Shown here: one piece after another, positions 40,501 to 59,146 of the stretch
How the letters are laid out: each line of letters opens with the position of its first letter
Position numbering within the stretch: position 1 is the first letter of the stretch
NCBI GenBank assembly: GCA_021613535.1
Contig: CP075497.1
Coordinates: 4,960,001 to 5,024,000 of the forward strand
DNA length: 64,000 nucleotides
DNA from: Adineta vaga
Taxonomy: Eukaryota; Animalia; Rotifera
Reading direction: 5' to 3'
Position numbers and translations under genes: made by a program
Notes under the pieces: model-generated
The model's input: the letters and a program-made list of their open reading frames with translations, nothing else
Told to the model about the DNA's origin: nothing
Databases searched by the model: none

Positions 40501-42337
40501 TTTCACATTCACCTCGCCATTTTGGATATTTCTGTGGAAGATCATGACCAGTTAAAGCGCATCCGTGAGCAAAAATTGAATGCCATTGGCATGAACCTGG
40601 ATTACGTTCATGAATTTGTGTATAACGTTGATCTTCAATGCAAGATAAAACGAGTCCGAAAACACGTGAACCACATTTGCAGACACGATTCATGATGTTA
40701 TAACATTGTTTTTCCTAACCAATTAATTAAAAGAAGTTATACGCCGATCTAAATCAATATACATACAGCTTTTGTTCGATCGAATTTTTCTGGTGTCTTC
40801 ACATCTGTGCTGGTATTTGGTTTCGAATCTTTTACTCGATAACTTTCACTAAATACATCAATATCAATGGTTATTTGACCATTTGGTAAACGTAAATCAT
40901 TATCTTGATCATAATCAAAAGATCCGCAGAGACCTCGTACGCGTTCTCGATAGCTCGATTCTAATGTAACATAAACGGCATCCATCATATGCAATGTGCA
41001 TATCTTTCGATTCGATTAAAATAAATTGAGATGTAGCTTGACGAATAGAGAGATCCGTTGTTTGAAAGGGAAGTTGTTCGAGTTTTTTTCCATTCAATGT
41101 GATCGTATGAATATCGGAGAGAACAACAGTGTTACTATCAATGGTAAATTTCAATTGACGTTTGAAATCATTTTGTACGGAAGCTTCAATTTGGAAATGT
41201 TTTCCTTTACTATCAATATTCTAAATGTACATATAAGATGAATATTATGTAATTAGAATATACTCATTAATACTATTAAATAATATTCAATAATGAAGAA
41301 AAGTGGGTGTCAGCTGTGCTTTTTCCGGAAATTGTTTTTTTTTCTTAATCAATCGAACTCGAAAACAGCTGTGTCAATGTGCCATTAGTCTTACAATAAC
41401 AAGAAAGCAAATTTCCTTCTATGCGTAGGATAGTTTCCACCTTATTTTAACAATGACACGAAAAGATTCTCAACATATTAACTTGAAAATTTTTACACAT
41501 CTTTTTTTTTCGAAAGATGTAAATATAAGTATCAAATGAAATCAACTTGATGAAAATGTTTATATCGAATTCATAAGAAATTTAAATATACTATATTTTC
41601 TTGCTTTTTTTCAAAGACGAAATTAAATCATGAGACGAGTTTCAAGAAATTAGTGTCTTCTCGTTCTATAAATCTACTTAGTAATAGAATTTTCATTTGA
41701 CTTACTTTCACCAAAAGATAATTGCCTGGTTTAATACGAAGTAATTCTCCATCAAATGTTTCGACGTGACTAAGACCAAGCACTGAACATGTTCGAGATG
41801 AAAGTGGTTGTTTACTACAAATCCATCCACCATTTTGACATTGACTATAAAAAGTATACATAAAACAGAGATATTAAGATTTATTTTCAAACCATCGTTT
41901 TCCTTTTCGAAGTGCGACTTCATCAGCCATAAAGATTCTTCCATTATACCGACATGAACATTGACTTTGTGGAACACATTCACCATTTCGATTTTCATCG
42001 GCAACAGTTCCACTTGGACAGGCACAACCGGAATGACAATTACGTAAACATTCTTTATTGTTGGAGTTTACATATGGATTTTTGCAAGTTTTCGGACAAG
42101 TACTAATACATTTTGTTAATACTTTATCGGGACTACAGTCGGAAAGTTTACCATTACTAAAAACAAAATTCGAGATGATGATTAAAGTAAGACATTCAAG
42201 TTTCATTTGATCGTTTTGATCTACCTATCTTTGTAACCAGTTAAACAACGAAGAAGAGGGGATTTTCCACTTTGTTGAGTAGTACAAATTTGTACAATCA
42301 ATATAAAAGCCAACAATTTGCTTGCAAGACTGAGCAT
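31563..42337 (-). CDS. Giant secreted mucin/adhesive-like protein (~3,200 aa): signal peptide, TIL, VWD, C8, TIL, discoidin-like, heptad repeat, discoidin-like, CTCK
   Basis: Signal MLSLASKLLAFILIVQICTT; TIL CPKTC..CHSGCACPSG..CVPQSQC; VWD CSVLGLSHVETFDG..VRGLCGSFD; second TIL CPATC..; one 7,239-nt exon (32017-39255) carries the repeat; C-terminal cystine knot SCGGFCPS..CFCCAP..CKCSMC. Confidence 0.85.
32600..39140 (-). repeat. Coding 21-nt tandem repeat (~310 units) encoding xGxxGST heptads (PGQSGST, SGPQGST, Q/R/P-GQDGST, PGKDGST)
   Basis: Recurring + strand 21-mers such as gttgatcctgattgaccaggt and gttgaaccttgtggtcccgat; higher-order periods of 252 and 1470 nt. Confidence 0.95.
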
Positions 42338-43465
42338 GGTCAAGTTGGCTGTTTCGTCAAATCTCTATGTTTTGGTTTCGAGTAAGAGGGTTACAAGACT
42401 AATATATCATGGGATAGTCAATGATTGTCTACTTATATTTTTTTCTTTAACAAAGAAAAATTACATTTCTTCTGGTAACAGTTGTGAGAAATGATTGCTT
42501 ATTTTTGTGCACAAAAGATACTGCAATAGAAAAGCGATGGAAGATAATGATGATGATATCCTGATGGTGCGTAATTTTTCTTCATAATCATTTCATTTTT
42601 TTTCAACTGGACGACGTTAAAATGAATAATACACTAGAGCAATACGCTTCCAATGATTATACATATAAAAACAATTACAAAACGATTTAAATATTTTGTA
42701 CTTCTCTATTAAAACGACATCATTTCATATTGAACTCGTGAAAGAGAAGTTGCAGAAGACTTTTATATTGATGGTATGATATCAAATCAATCTTTCAATG
42801 ATAAATTTCCTCAGAAATACGTCATCTATCTGAAGATGTCCGAATTTCAAAAGTTTATTTTCATGAAAAGTAAATTAAGATTTATAATTAATTTTTCACT
42901 GATATAATATGATTATGGAATATCATTCTGTTGACAATTACATTGATGTTTTATGTAGATCATATCAAATTTTTATGGTATAAAAGAAAATTGATAATAG
43001 CATTATATTATTCGTATTTTATTCTATTGTATCGCTTTAACTATGATATCAGTTGTTTTTCATAGACTATCAATCTTCTGTTATTAGTTTGATCAAATAA
43101 ACAATGAATGTTTTAATAAAAGTACATATTGAAATATTTCCTTGATGAAATTAATTGGAGAAATAAGATTTACAAATAAATCGATTGAATATAACAATAT
43201 CTATCGTGTAAGAAATGTGATCATATTTGCTGTTCCAATTTATTTTTTCAAGAATTAGAGACAAAAACCAGAGGAGAAATTCTTATTTTTTTTCTGGTGA
43301 TTATATTGTATCTATGAATGCATAGGGAAAAAACAAGTATCGAATGTTGTCAGCGTGCGCGATCCCTCCTTTTCAACATCCCTCTAGCATATAATAGTAA
43401 GCGAACTGTTTAACAGAGTTGTGCTGCCGTCGACGCACAGCTCTCTGGTTGGTTTGGTGTTTTCG

Positions 43466-43493
43466 CCTTCTTCTTCTTCTTCTTCTTCTTCTT
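43466..43493. repeat. (CTT)n microsatellite
   Basis: About 9 consecutive ctt units. Confidence 0.9.
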
Positions 43494-43792
43494 CTCTTTT
43501 CTTTTATTTGCTTGCATGCTTCGTTCTTTTATTCTCTTTTTCTACCGCTGCTCTTGTCCTTGCTTACTTGGTGTACTGACTGTTGATGGTAGGGCGCGAA
43601 TGAAAGCAACACTGACGCAGAAATAACAAAGAGTAGCCGTCGTCACATAAACGCGCAACGGATAAAACTTATGTCTTTAACCATCCATCTTGATTTCTCT
43701 TAATAGATGTCGAGAAAACTGTTCATAAATAAAGAAAACTTTCGAAAAATCTTTCACCGACAGTCAATACAACACATTTCTTTTTGATGTGT

Positions 43793-43796
<4 letters not shown>

Positions 43797-43828
<32 letters not shown>
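43797..43828. repeat. (AT)n microsatellite; similar tracts near 15749, 18070, 28667 and 51615
   Basis: Uninterrupted AT dinucleotide run. Confidence 0.9.
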
Positions 43829-43833
<5 letters not shown>

Positions 43834-46635
43834 GTGGAAAAAAGAAGACAAGAAAGAAAAAGAAAGAGACAACGAGAGTAAGGTGCATTATCTAGCTTGC
43901 ATTGCCTCGTGTATTTGCCGTTCTGTTGTGTTCGTCTTTTTTTTCTATGACTCGGAACACATTAAGAAAGACAGAGAGAGAGAGAGAAAGGGGAAAGCGA
44001 ATAAGAGAAATAATATATATAAACTGATCGCGTCTGACATGGAACATCTTTTGATATACATATGACTCTTAAAGTAAAGTTATATTCTTCATCTGTTTTT
44101 GAGTAACAAATTCTTTGTTCGTGAAAAAAGCTGGTCTAGGTGATTTTTTTCAAATCTCAAACAAACAATCATCGATTTATTATTCTTATTCGTTCTCACA
44201 TATGAACACAATGTGTAGGTTTCAGACACATTCACTGTATAGTACATTCTCATATAGAGACAAGAGAGAGAGAAAGCGAGAACTACCGCTAACGTGGTGC
44301 GCACATATAAATTGCCTTCTTGTTCTCTTGCCTTCTCTACTCGTCCCTCCTTGTGTCTCTCTCTTTTACCACACCCCGTATGTGTGCGAAAGAGCGTCAC
44401 TATTCACATAACTATTCATTGCTTTCAAATTCTTTTCTTTTTTTGTGTTGAAGAGAGAGAGAGAGAGAATGAGAGGACGATGGTCATATGTTTCAATTCA
44501 TTATATATATAATACAGTTTAGTTGTTTTATAACAAAAGTTGACATGCAAAGATCGTTAAATCCAAATGCTAGTTTTGTATTGATCTTTAGCAAAATGAT
44601 CGGTACAATAAATTTAACTCGACAATAGAAAAGGCACAATGACAAATAGATAGTCTTGTATAAACATCAAACTATCATGGGAATTCCTACTGATTAGAAA
44701 AGAAAGAAAAAACTTGTTTAAATATGCGTCGATTAAAATCTAGTTCACTTAATTATCCATCAATTTTCGACGAATATTCAAATGAGAGTTCAGTCAATAT
44801 TTGCAAACGAAATTTTTTGTCATTATTATCTATTTTCAAAGGAACGATTTCAAAATGCACTAAAATAGCTATCAACAATAACAACAATAATAAGAATGAC
44901 AAGAGTAACGTCAACAAGATGCAGTTAGTCGTCGTTATCATTCTTTTCTTTCTCTCTAGATAGAATAGAAACGAGCAAGTAGATGCAATGAAATAGTCTA
45001 TGCAGAGAACTACCATTGAATGTTTACAGGTGTACATCAGAAACGACATTTAGTTTCTCTCTTGCTCTTTTTCTCTTCCAGTAAGACGACCGCCATTTCG
45101 TTCAATAGTCGAATGGTCAAAATAGGAAAGTTTTTCCTTGCTTTTGAAAATGTACGTATTGTTTATGTGTGTCATAAGATAGGAGGAGACGGACGGACGA
45201 GAAGAAGAATGTACACGTGTGGCGTGTTGTGCTTTCTTATGATTCCTATTTATTAACAACCGAAAAAACCTTTTTGCTTTTTTCGTCGCGTCTCTCTTAT
45301 TCTCTCCCTCTTTCTCTCCTGCTTGTTCGCTCGCTCGCTCGCTTGCTTGCTTGCCTTTGTGTATGTGTTCTCTTTCATTTTCTCCTGCGAAAGAGAGAAG
45401 AGAGAGAGAGAGAGAACAAGAGCGAGCGAGTAAGCAAGTAAGCATTGCTTACTCTCGCGCGTTCGCGTTTTGCTGCTTGTCTCTCTCACTCACTACTAGA
45501 CTACTACTATTACTATTGCTACTACTACTGCTACACATCGCGTCTTCTTCGCATCAGCATCCGTGCTTTCTTTTATTACAACGTTAGATTTTTTGCTGAC
45601 AATACATTTACACATAAGAATGAGTTGTCATTGCATTTTATATACATACTTTTTTCTACAACTAAAACAATTTTTATATGAAAAAAATAAAGAAAACAAC
45701 AGATTTGTCTGGACACTATGCTTATCTTTCTTTTCTTCTCTCTCTCTCTCTCTATTCTATGAGCGCACGCACACATATTGTTCGTTCTTCTCTGCTGCTG
45801 TACGCACAAAGAACATAGTCGAAGATTTAGTATGAATGATGCTAGTTTAGTTTTGTGTTCTTTCCATCTTTGTTTATTTTGAAAAGAGACATCGTATGCA
45901 TTTATTCTTGTGGTTGATTTTCCGCTCGACATTCGTGTATATATACATATATCAATATCATTTGTGAATGAATAAAAAAACGAGAGAAAAAATGAATTGA
46001 CATCATTTTTGATCATTTCATATAATTTTTGCTTCGATTCTTTTTTGCATCATGCGAATGTTTGTTTCCATTCCTCTTTTCTTGTCTTTCTCTGTCTCTC
46101 TTTCGTTTTTGATACAAAGACAATGAACGATGTATACCTATGTATATACTCGAAAATTTGAGGGATAGAAAAGATGCGAGAAGACTTTCTCTCTTATTTT
46201 GACCTCGATTGAACATTCGTCGTCGCATAATTATTCTCTTTTCTCTCTCTCTCTCGTCTCTCTGTCTCTCACTCGTTCTCTCTTGGTGAAGTAAGCAAGC
46301 GTATACGGCGCTCTATCCTAAAAAAAAAGAGTGTGCGTTCTCCCGCTCTCTGTCTTTCCTTCGGCGCGCGCATAGCGCAATGTGATCATCCATCATTGTA
46401 TTGCATATAGAGAAAGAGAGAAAGGAGAGAAGCAAAGAGAAGAAAACTGTAATGATCGCGTCTCTCCTTTAGCAAGTAGGCAAGCAAGAAGAGAGAAGGA
46501 AGACGGCGGCGACACAAGAGGAAAAAACAACAACAGGCGCGCGCGCTTTTCTTGCATACATACAGTTGAAAATACACACTATTCGAATTCGGAAGACGGT
46601 AGAAAAAAAACCTTTTTTCTCTTCTATTTTTTCAG

Positions 46636-48262
46636 ATGATCTTTTCACCCATTTCAACAATGAATACGGCACCATTAATCCCACCACGTGTGCAATCACC
46701 ATCATTTATTCGTAAAAGAAATTTACCAACTCCTCCTCCATCTTTTGCTGATGTCAACGATTCTTCGTCATGTTCCTCTTCTTCTTCCTCTGTTTCTTCT
46801 GCTTATTCGACAACAACTACTACTAGCAGCACGACTCTTAGTGACAATAATAATACAGTAGCATCGTGTGATTTACTAAATATAATAACGGATGCACGTT
46901 TTCGTCCAGTTTTTCAAGCAATTGATGAAATAAAACGACGTAAATGTCGACCCGATCTTGAACGTATACTTAAATATGTAGGAAAAAGATGTACAGGAAA
47001 TAATGTATCATATCAACGAGAAGAAATTCTTGTTATACTCGATGATTTACTTAAACTTGGCCTTATCACGAAAGTATTTCACAAAGGTGGTTTTACAATA
47101 CGAATAAAAAATGAAAAATGTGCAAAACTAATTGAAAAAATGAATGTATGTTATAATCAAAAGACACCAACTGCAACACCGATGAGTGCACATGAAGCTA
47201 TGGCTGTTGCTGCGGCTGCTGGAACGATTAATTTAAATAATCAACCATGGCCAATACCACAGCAATATGTGTTAAATTCAAATGAAAAGAATATTAATGA
47301 TCATCACCACCACTATCATCCTCACTCTCACCCTTATATACGCGAAACACCATCTCCAGAATTTGCTGTATTTAAAACGGGTAAGAAAGACAAAATGTTT
47401 CTTTTTTTCTTTCTTTCTTTCTTTTGTAATGTTCAATGTATAGTGCTTACTTTCTATGACTCGATTACATAATTGAGTCCCACTCATCATATGATAGACG
47501 AATAAGAACAAAAAGGAGAAAAAAAACGAGTGAGATCTTACTTGTTGATACTCTCAACTTACTTATCCCATAGGCTATATTTTGTATTTCTCAACACATC
47601 GTTTCTTATCTATATCTTTGATAGCAATTGTATAAAGAGAGAAATTGAATATTTTAGAACCATCATCATCATCTGTATATTTATCACTTGATCAAAACAA
47701 TAATTCTGGAAAACTACAAATGATTAAAGAAAATACATTAATAAATGGATCAAACCTATTATCTACATCAACTTCTTTCTCCTCGTCTTCTTCAAGTACA
47801 AAATCGTCAAAAAAACGAACTCGAAGTCAAACAGTATCATCACATGACAGTAAAAAATCACGTTCAACAAAAACATCTGATTCTATTCTATCGTCGTCTT
47901 CTTCTTCTTCTTCTTCTGTTCTTCCTCTTGTGAATAATAACAATAATACTAATGATGAACATTTATTTCGTAAACCATTGATAACCAATAATAATTTACC
48001 ACGAATAACTATTGAACAAATTCTTGGATTACGCGGTGATATTCCTGACGTGCACAACTGGTCAACAAGTCAATTAAATGAATTTTTTCATCAACAAGGC
48101 TATGAATATGCCGCTATTGTATTGAATAAATATCACATTAATGGAAATAAATTATATGAATTAAAACGCGAACAAGTATTTCGAATGTCGACGTTAAAAA
48201 TTGGTAAAGCGTTAAAATTATGGAATGTTATTGAACAGATACAACGAAAATGTTGGTCTTAA
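46636..48262 (+). CDS. SAMD1: SAMD1/atherin-like protein (N-terminal CpG-binding winged helix plus C-terminal SAM domain)
   Basis: VFQAIDEIKRRKCRPDLERILKYV..LITKVFHKGGFTIR resembles the recalled SAMD1 winged helix (ILDTIDSLRSRKARPDLERI..VLRVSYKGSISYR); SAM domain VHNWSTSQLNEFF..INGNKL..LKIGKALKL. Exons 46636-47380 and 47658-48262. Confidence 0.82.
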
Positions 48263-48562
48263 CGTCGTGAAATCAAACAAATCTCTTTTTGTTCTTTTTT
48301 TCTTTGTTTATGTTTATTTCTTTCTATGTGTACCTATATCTCTGTTGATTGAAGTAAACACAAATTTGAGTCTTTCCAACAACAACAAAAAGTTATATTC
48401 AAATGAAATTCATACCATTATAAATCATAAAGATGCTTACATTTCATGACTCGTCTTTTTGACTTGCTGCTATATTTTTTTTTGAACAAAGACAAAAAAA
48501 TTTATATATCAATACAAACAAACGAATAAACAAGGAAAAATTACAAGCAATGTTTTCTTCTT

Positions 48563-50526
48563 CTAAACTAATTGATTGATTTCTTTCATGAATGTATCGT
48601 ATGCATCATCGGTTGATGGTCCAGTCATCATTATATGATGTTGAGTTGTACTATTAGATGTATTACCTAAACGAGATCGCATTGAAAGTGGATCTTCAAA
48701 ACGTGATGTCGATTTCATTCCACCGATGTCGGATCCTTTTGAAATAGTACTACTACTACTTGTACCCGATGTCATTCCACTTCGTTTAACTTTCAATACA
48801 GTAGGAACAAATTTAGTTACATCTTGTCGTGCTCTAAAAAACAAATGGTATAGTTTCGAAGAGGAGGAATAAGAAGAGATTCCATTGATTACCTTATTTG
48901 AGGTTTTGCTTCAAAGGTCATGCTAGGTTTACTGGACATAGAAGCTAGATTATTAGTTGGTACGGATGGATGTTGTAGTTGTGGTTTTGCAATAAGACTT
49001 GGCGGAGCACTGAATACGTTTGGAGCTTGTTGACGGGCTAGTTTTGATGCATTTGGTGGTGCCATATTAGGAGGAAATGATGATCGAACATTTGGTGGCA
49101 TGCGAACATCTATAAGATACATAGCGTGTTACAAAATTATAATTGTTATAAATTTCTTACTTGGATTAGCAGCAAAAAATGATGCTGGTGGCGGTGGTGG
49201 AGGTAATCGCATACCTAAAAGTGTGAAAAATATACGTTGATGGAAAGAATTTTCAATGAGACTAACCGCGAGGAGGTGGAGGAAATGGTGGAGGCATGAT
49301 AAGAGGACGATCCTAGAAGAGAAAGCAAACGAATATTTGACTGAATGAAAAGAATAAGTTTCTTGATTGACGAACTGGATTGAGTTGTGGTGGTTGTGAG
49401 ACAGTAACTGGAGTACCGAATTCTTGCATTTCATTTTGCTGATAATCAGCAGCAATATTATCACTCCATCGACTCACAGGTGCTGTCGTTGGAAGAGACG
49501 AAGATGGATCAGTAAAACGAATTCGTCGTCGATCTAAAAAAGTAATTCATATGCATATCAAGTATCTATATATGAAAAGATATTCACCATTAATTTGTGC
49601 AGTTTTTGTAGGTAATGAGACTTCTGTAAAAGAAGAGGAATTGAATGAGACTTAAATGAATTGAATTGAAATTTTATTACCTTCATCATCGTCACTAATT
49701 TCTTCATTATCACTTAGAATTGGTGGTCGACCAGGTGGTGGTCCTGGTGGTTTTCTTGAGATGACAATGCGTTGAGTTTGTTCAACCGATCTTTAAAGAA
49801 AAACATTCAAACTAATATACAATGAAATGTGTTTTAGAGATAATTTACTCTTTTTGTTTAAGAATACCACGTGGTGTATCCTGTGATGCTGACACAGATC
49901 CATGAGGTAATTCCGGCATTGGAATTTCATCAAGTGTAACACGTTGAGTTTCTTTCACTGACTCTATCAACGAAAAAAAAAGAAGCAAATATTCAATAAA
50001 TAAATCGTTAAAAAGAAACAATATTTTCCTTACCAAACCATGTAATCAATTGAGCACGTGATTTTTCATACTCTGCATGTAATGTATCCATATGTAAAGC
50101 AGCATCAGGTTGGTCTTTTGTCTATTGAATATAATTCAAAGAGTCAAAAATGATTTCTAAATCATTTATTTACTTACATAAAGTCGATATACACGATCCC
50201 ATGTTTCTTTTACTTTCTTTCGTTTCTCTTGTAAAACTTTAATGTTATAAGGTGATGGATTAATTGGATCATATTCCATTCGATCCAAATGTTCCATATC
50301 AGTAATGAGACCTCTTGGATTCTTGTTTTTGAGTACATTTTGTCGTACCAATAAACGTTGTTTCTTATTTTTCTTCAATTCTTTCTTGCGAGCTTCTTTT
50401 CCTACAAGAACGAAAATTCTCTTCAATATCCTTTTTTACATTCATCTCAAAGGAAAACTTACGAGCTTGATCAGTTGGATTCATTATTTTACCACTTTTC
50501 GTTATACTAATATTTCTTCCACCCAT
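48563..50526 (-). CDS. WBP11: WW domain-binding protein 11 (splicing factor)
   Basis: MGGRNISITKSGKIMNPTDQAR|KEARKKELKKNKKQR; PPGPPPG; DVTKFVPTVLKVKR; TDDAYDTFMKEI. Confidence 0.93.
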
Positions 50527-50745
50527 CTTGAATTATAGATTTCGTTGATCTAGAAAGAAAATATATTTGTATTTATCAAGCACCAAATCCAAAATATATA
50601 TATATCGTTTTAGAAATGTTATAATCATTTTACATTCAACAACAAGGCAACACACATGTAAAGGAGAAGAAGAAAAAAATAAACATTAGACCCAAATGGA
50701 ATGTTTATATGTACACAATCACCCAGAAGGAAACACGTTTGAAAT

Positions 50746-57349
<6,604 letters not shown>

Positions 57350-57668
57350 CGTACAGACGGAGTAGCTCAAACGAGATGGAAAATATTCATCAACATATCT
57401 AGAAAAGATTTAAATTGCATAATTATATGAAATAAAATCATTCCTTTTTCTTTCAAATGAAAAAATGTAATGTAATGTGAGTGACGATATACTTACTTCT
57501 TATTGTTGAATGTTCTATCCAATCAAGACATTTTATTCGCATGATTTTCATTGGATCAATCTGTTGCGATTGTATGTTCGTCTCTGTATTTGTATCTGTA
57601 CTGTATATATTAATCTATTCTATTCTTTTCCATCGTTTCTTATTATTTATCACGAAAAAAAAGCAGTT

Positions 57669-58535
57669 ATGGAATACAAAGGAATGAATCGAATATTGCA
57701 TTTTATTGTTGGTATCTTTTTATTCCTTATTGTGCTTTTTCTCTATCTTGGTCTTCGTCCAATTTTTATTCTTGCTAGTCTTGCTCTCGGCATATTTCTT
57801 GTTGATTATTCAATTTTTCCATTTATATATCTTTATCAAGCATTTAAACAATGGTTACCTCTTTTATTTGAATTAAATATTTTAAATGGAGTATTGATTT
57901 CCACACGAATACTCCATTTTTCCAAATTTTCATCATTTATATTTATAACTATTTGTCTTGTACGAAGTCTTACTGTGATTTATTGTCGTCATTTACCTAT
58001 CAATGATGAACATCGTTTATATATTGAAAATAAAATTCAATTTTTAACAAGATTATTTTTAAAAGAATTCGAAAAACTTTCCAAACGTTTTACGAAATTA
58101 TTCTCTCAAAATGATGATCATGAATTGGAAAAATTTCAATTAGATCAAATCAAATCATTGGACAATGTTCCTTCTGAACATGATGAAACAATTCAACGTT
58201 TTCAAAAAATTGCTCACGAACTTTCATCACCAATGATCTCAAATATTGATTGTTCAAATAGTTCAACACCACCCATTCGTCGTCATCATCAACGTATTCT
58301 TCAACAAAGTGAACTCGAACCATTACCTCGAACACCAATTACACCAGCACATACAAATTCATCCAAAGAAAAAATTCTACATTCAACTATGAATGGGTCA
58401 TACACAGGACCTATGACAAGAAATCGTATCAAAACAGGTGGTTCATCCTCAATCACAACATCTCCATTGAAGAGCAAGGCACCAACGGAAATGACTTTTC
58501 TTATTTGTAAAAAAGATGAAATTACTTCTAAATAA
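57669..58535 (+). CDS. Hypothetical multi-pass membrane protein with polar C-terminal tail
   Basis: Intronless ORF (open from 57510) with several N-terminal hydrophobic segments; transcribed divergently from GCN2; start uncertain. Confidence 0.6.
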   Translation: MEYKGMNRILHFIVGIFLFLIVLFLYLGLRPIFILASLALGIFLVDYSIFPFIYLYQAFKQWLPLLFELNILNGVLISTRILHFSKFSSFIFITICLVRSLTVIYCRHLPINDEHRLYIENKIQFLTRLFLKEFEKLSKRFTKLFSQNDDHELEKFQLDQIKSLDNVPSEHDETIQRFQKIAHELSSPMISNIDCSNSSTPPIRRHHQRILQQSELEPLPRTPITPAHTNSSKEKILHSTMNGSYTGPMTRNRIKTGGSSSITTSPLKSKAPTEMTFLICKKDEITSK

Positions 58536-59146
58536 CAATCAAAAATTGGACAGATATTATGCTATTTTTTATTTCTATCAATCATTTAATGTCAGATGTT
58601 TTTCTTTTTTTTTACTTTCTTTAGTTAATTTAATAAAAAAAGAAAGATTATACATTAGATTCATCGTACAATGTTTGTAAACTGTAGCGAACGAGGTAGA
58701 CATTAGATTCTCTTTGTAAGTCAAAATTATGCAATAGTTCACAAAATGACGATTGTCACAGTTGTTTTATTTTCGAGACTGATGATTAATTTGCGTTTCT
58801 TCTTCTTCTGCGCTAATAGTACATGTCTGTGTGACCCTATAACAAGAGTCAAATTGATAATTATTTGAATGAAATGAAAGTATATTGTGTAGCGATGTTT
58901 TTATATTCGATAGAATGTAAAATATCAAATTCTTTTATTTCACGATGTGTATCTAATGGTGAATAAGAAGTTTATGTCGGCTACTTTTGTTGTATATGAC
59001 ACAATATCACGAGAATGAAGAAAGATATCTTGTTAAATCGGTTTATCTATATATTAGCTTATGAATATACTGAAACACTGATAAGATACAAGAAAATAAT
59101 GATATATAAACATCTCAAGGTTGCCTCTTATCATTAAAGAAAAACT

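Larger units (their letters stand above)
43350..46630 (+). promoter_or_regulatory. Long non-coding upstream / 5' intronic region of the SAMD1-like gene, rich in CG dinucleotide runs and GA/CT microsatellites
   Basis: No credible CDS; CGCG/GCGC runs at ~43355, 45455-45467, 46362-46378 and 46536-46546; ends in a splice acceptor (ttttcag) abutting the ATG at 46636. Confidence 0.45.

Noticed and set aside
43784-46705. Many short ORFs on both strands (also 4845-5506 and 26434-27832)
   Set aside because: Their translations are dominated by microsatellite and poly-A/T sequence (RERE, SLSL, YIYI) with no domain or coherent splice structure.
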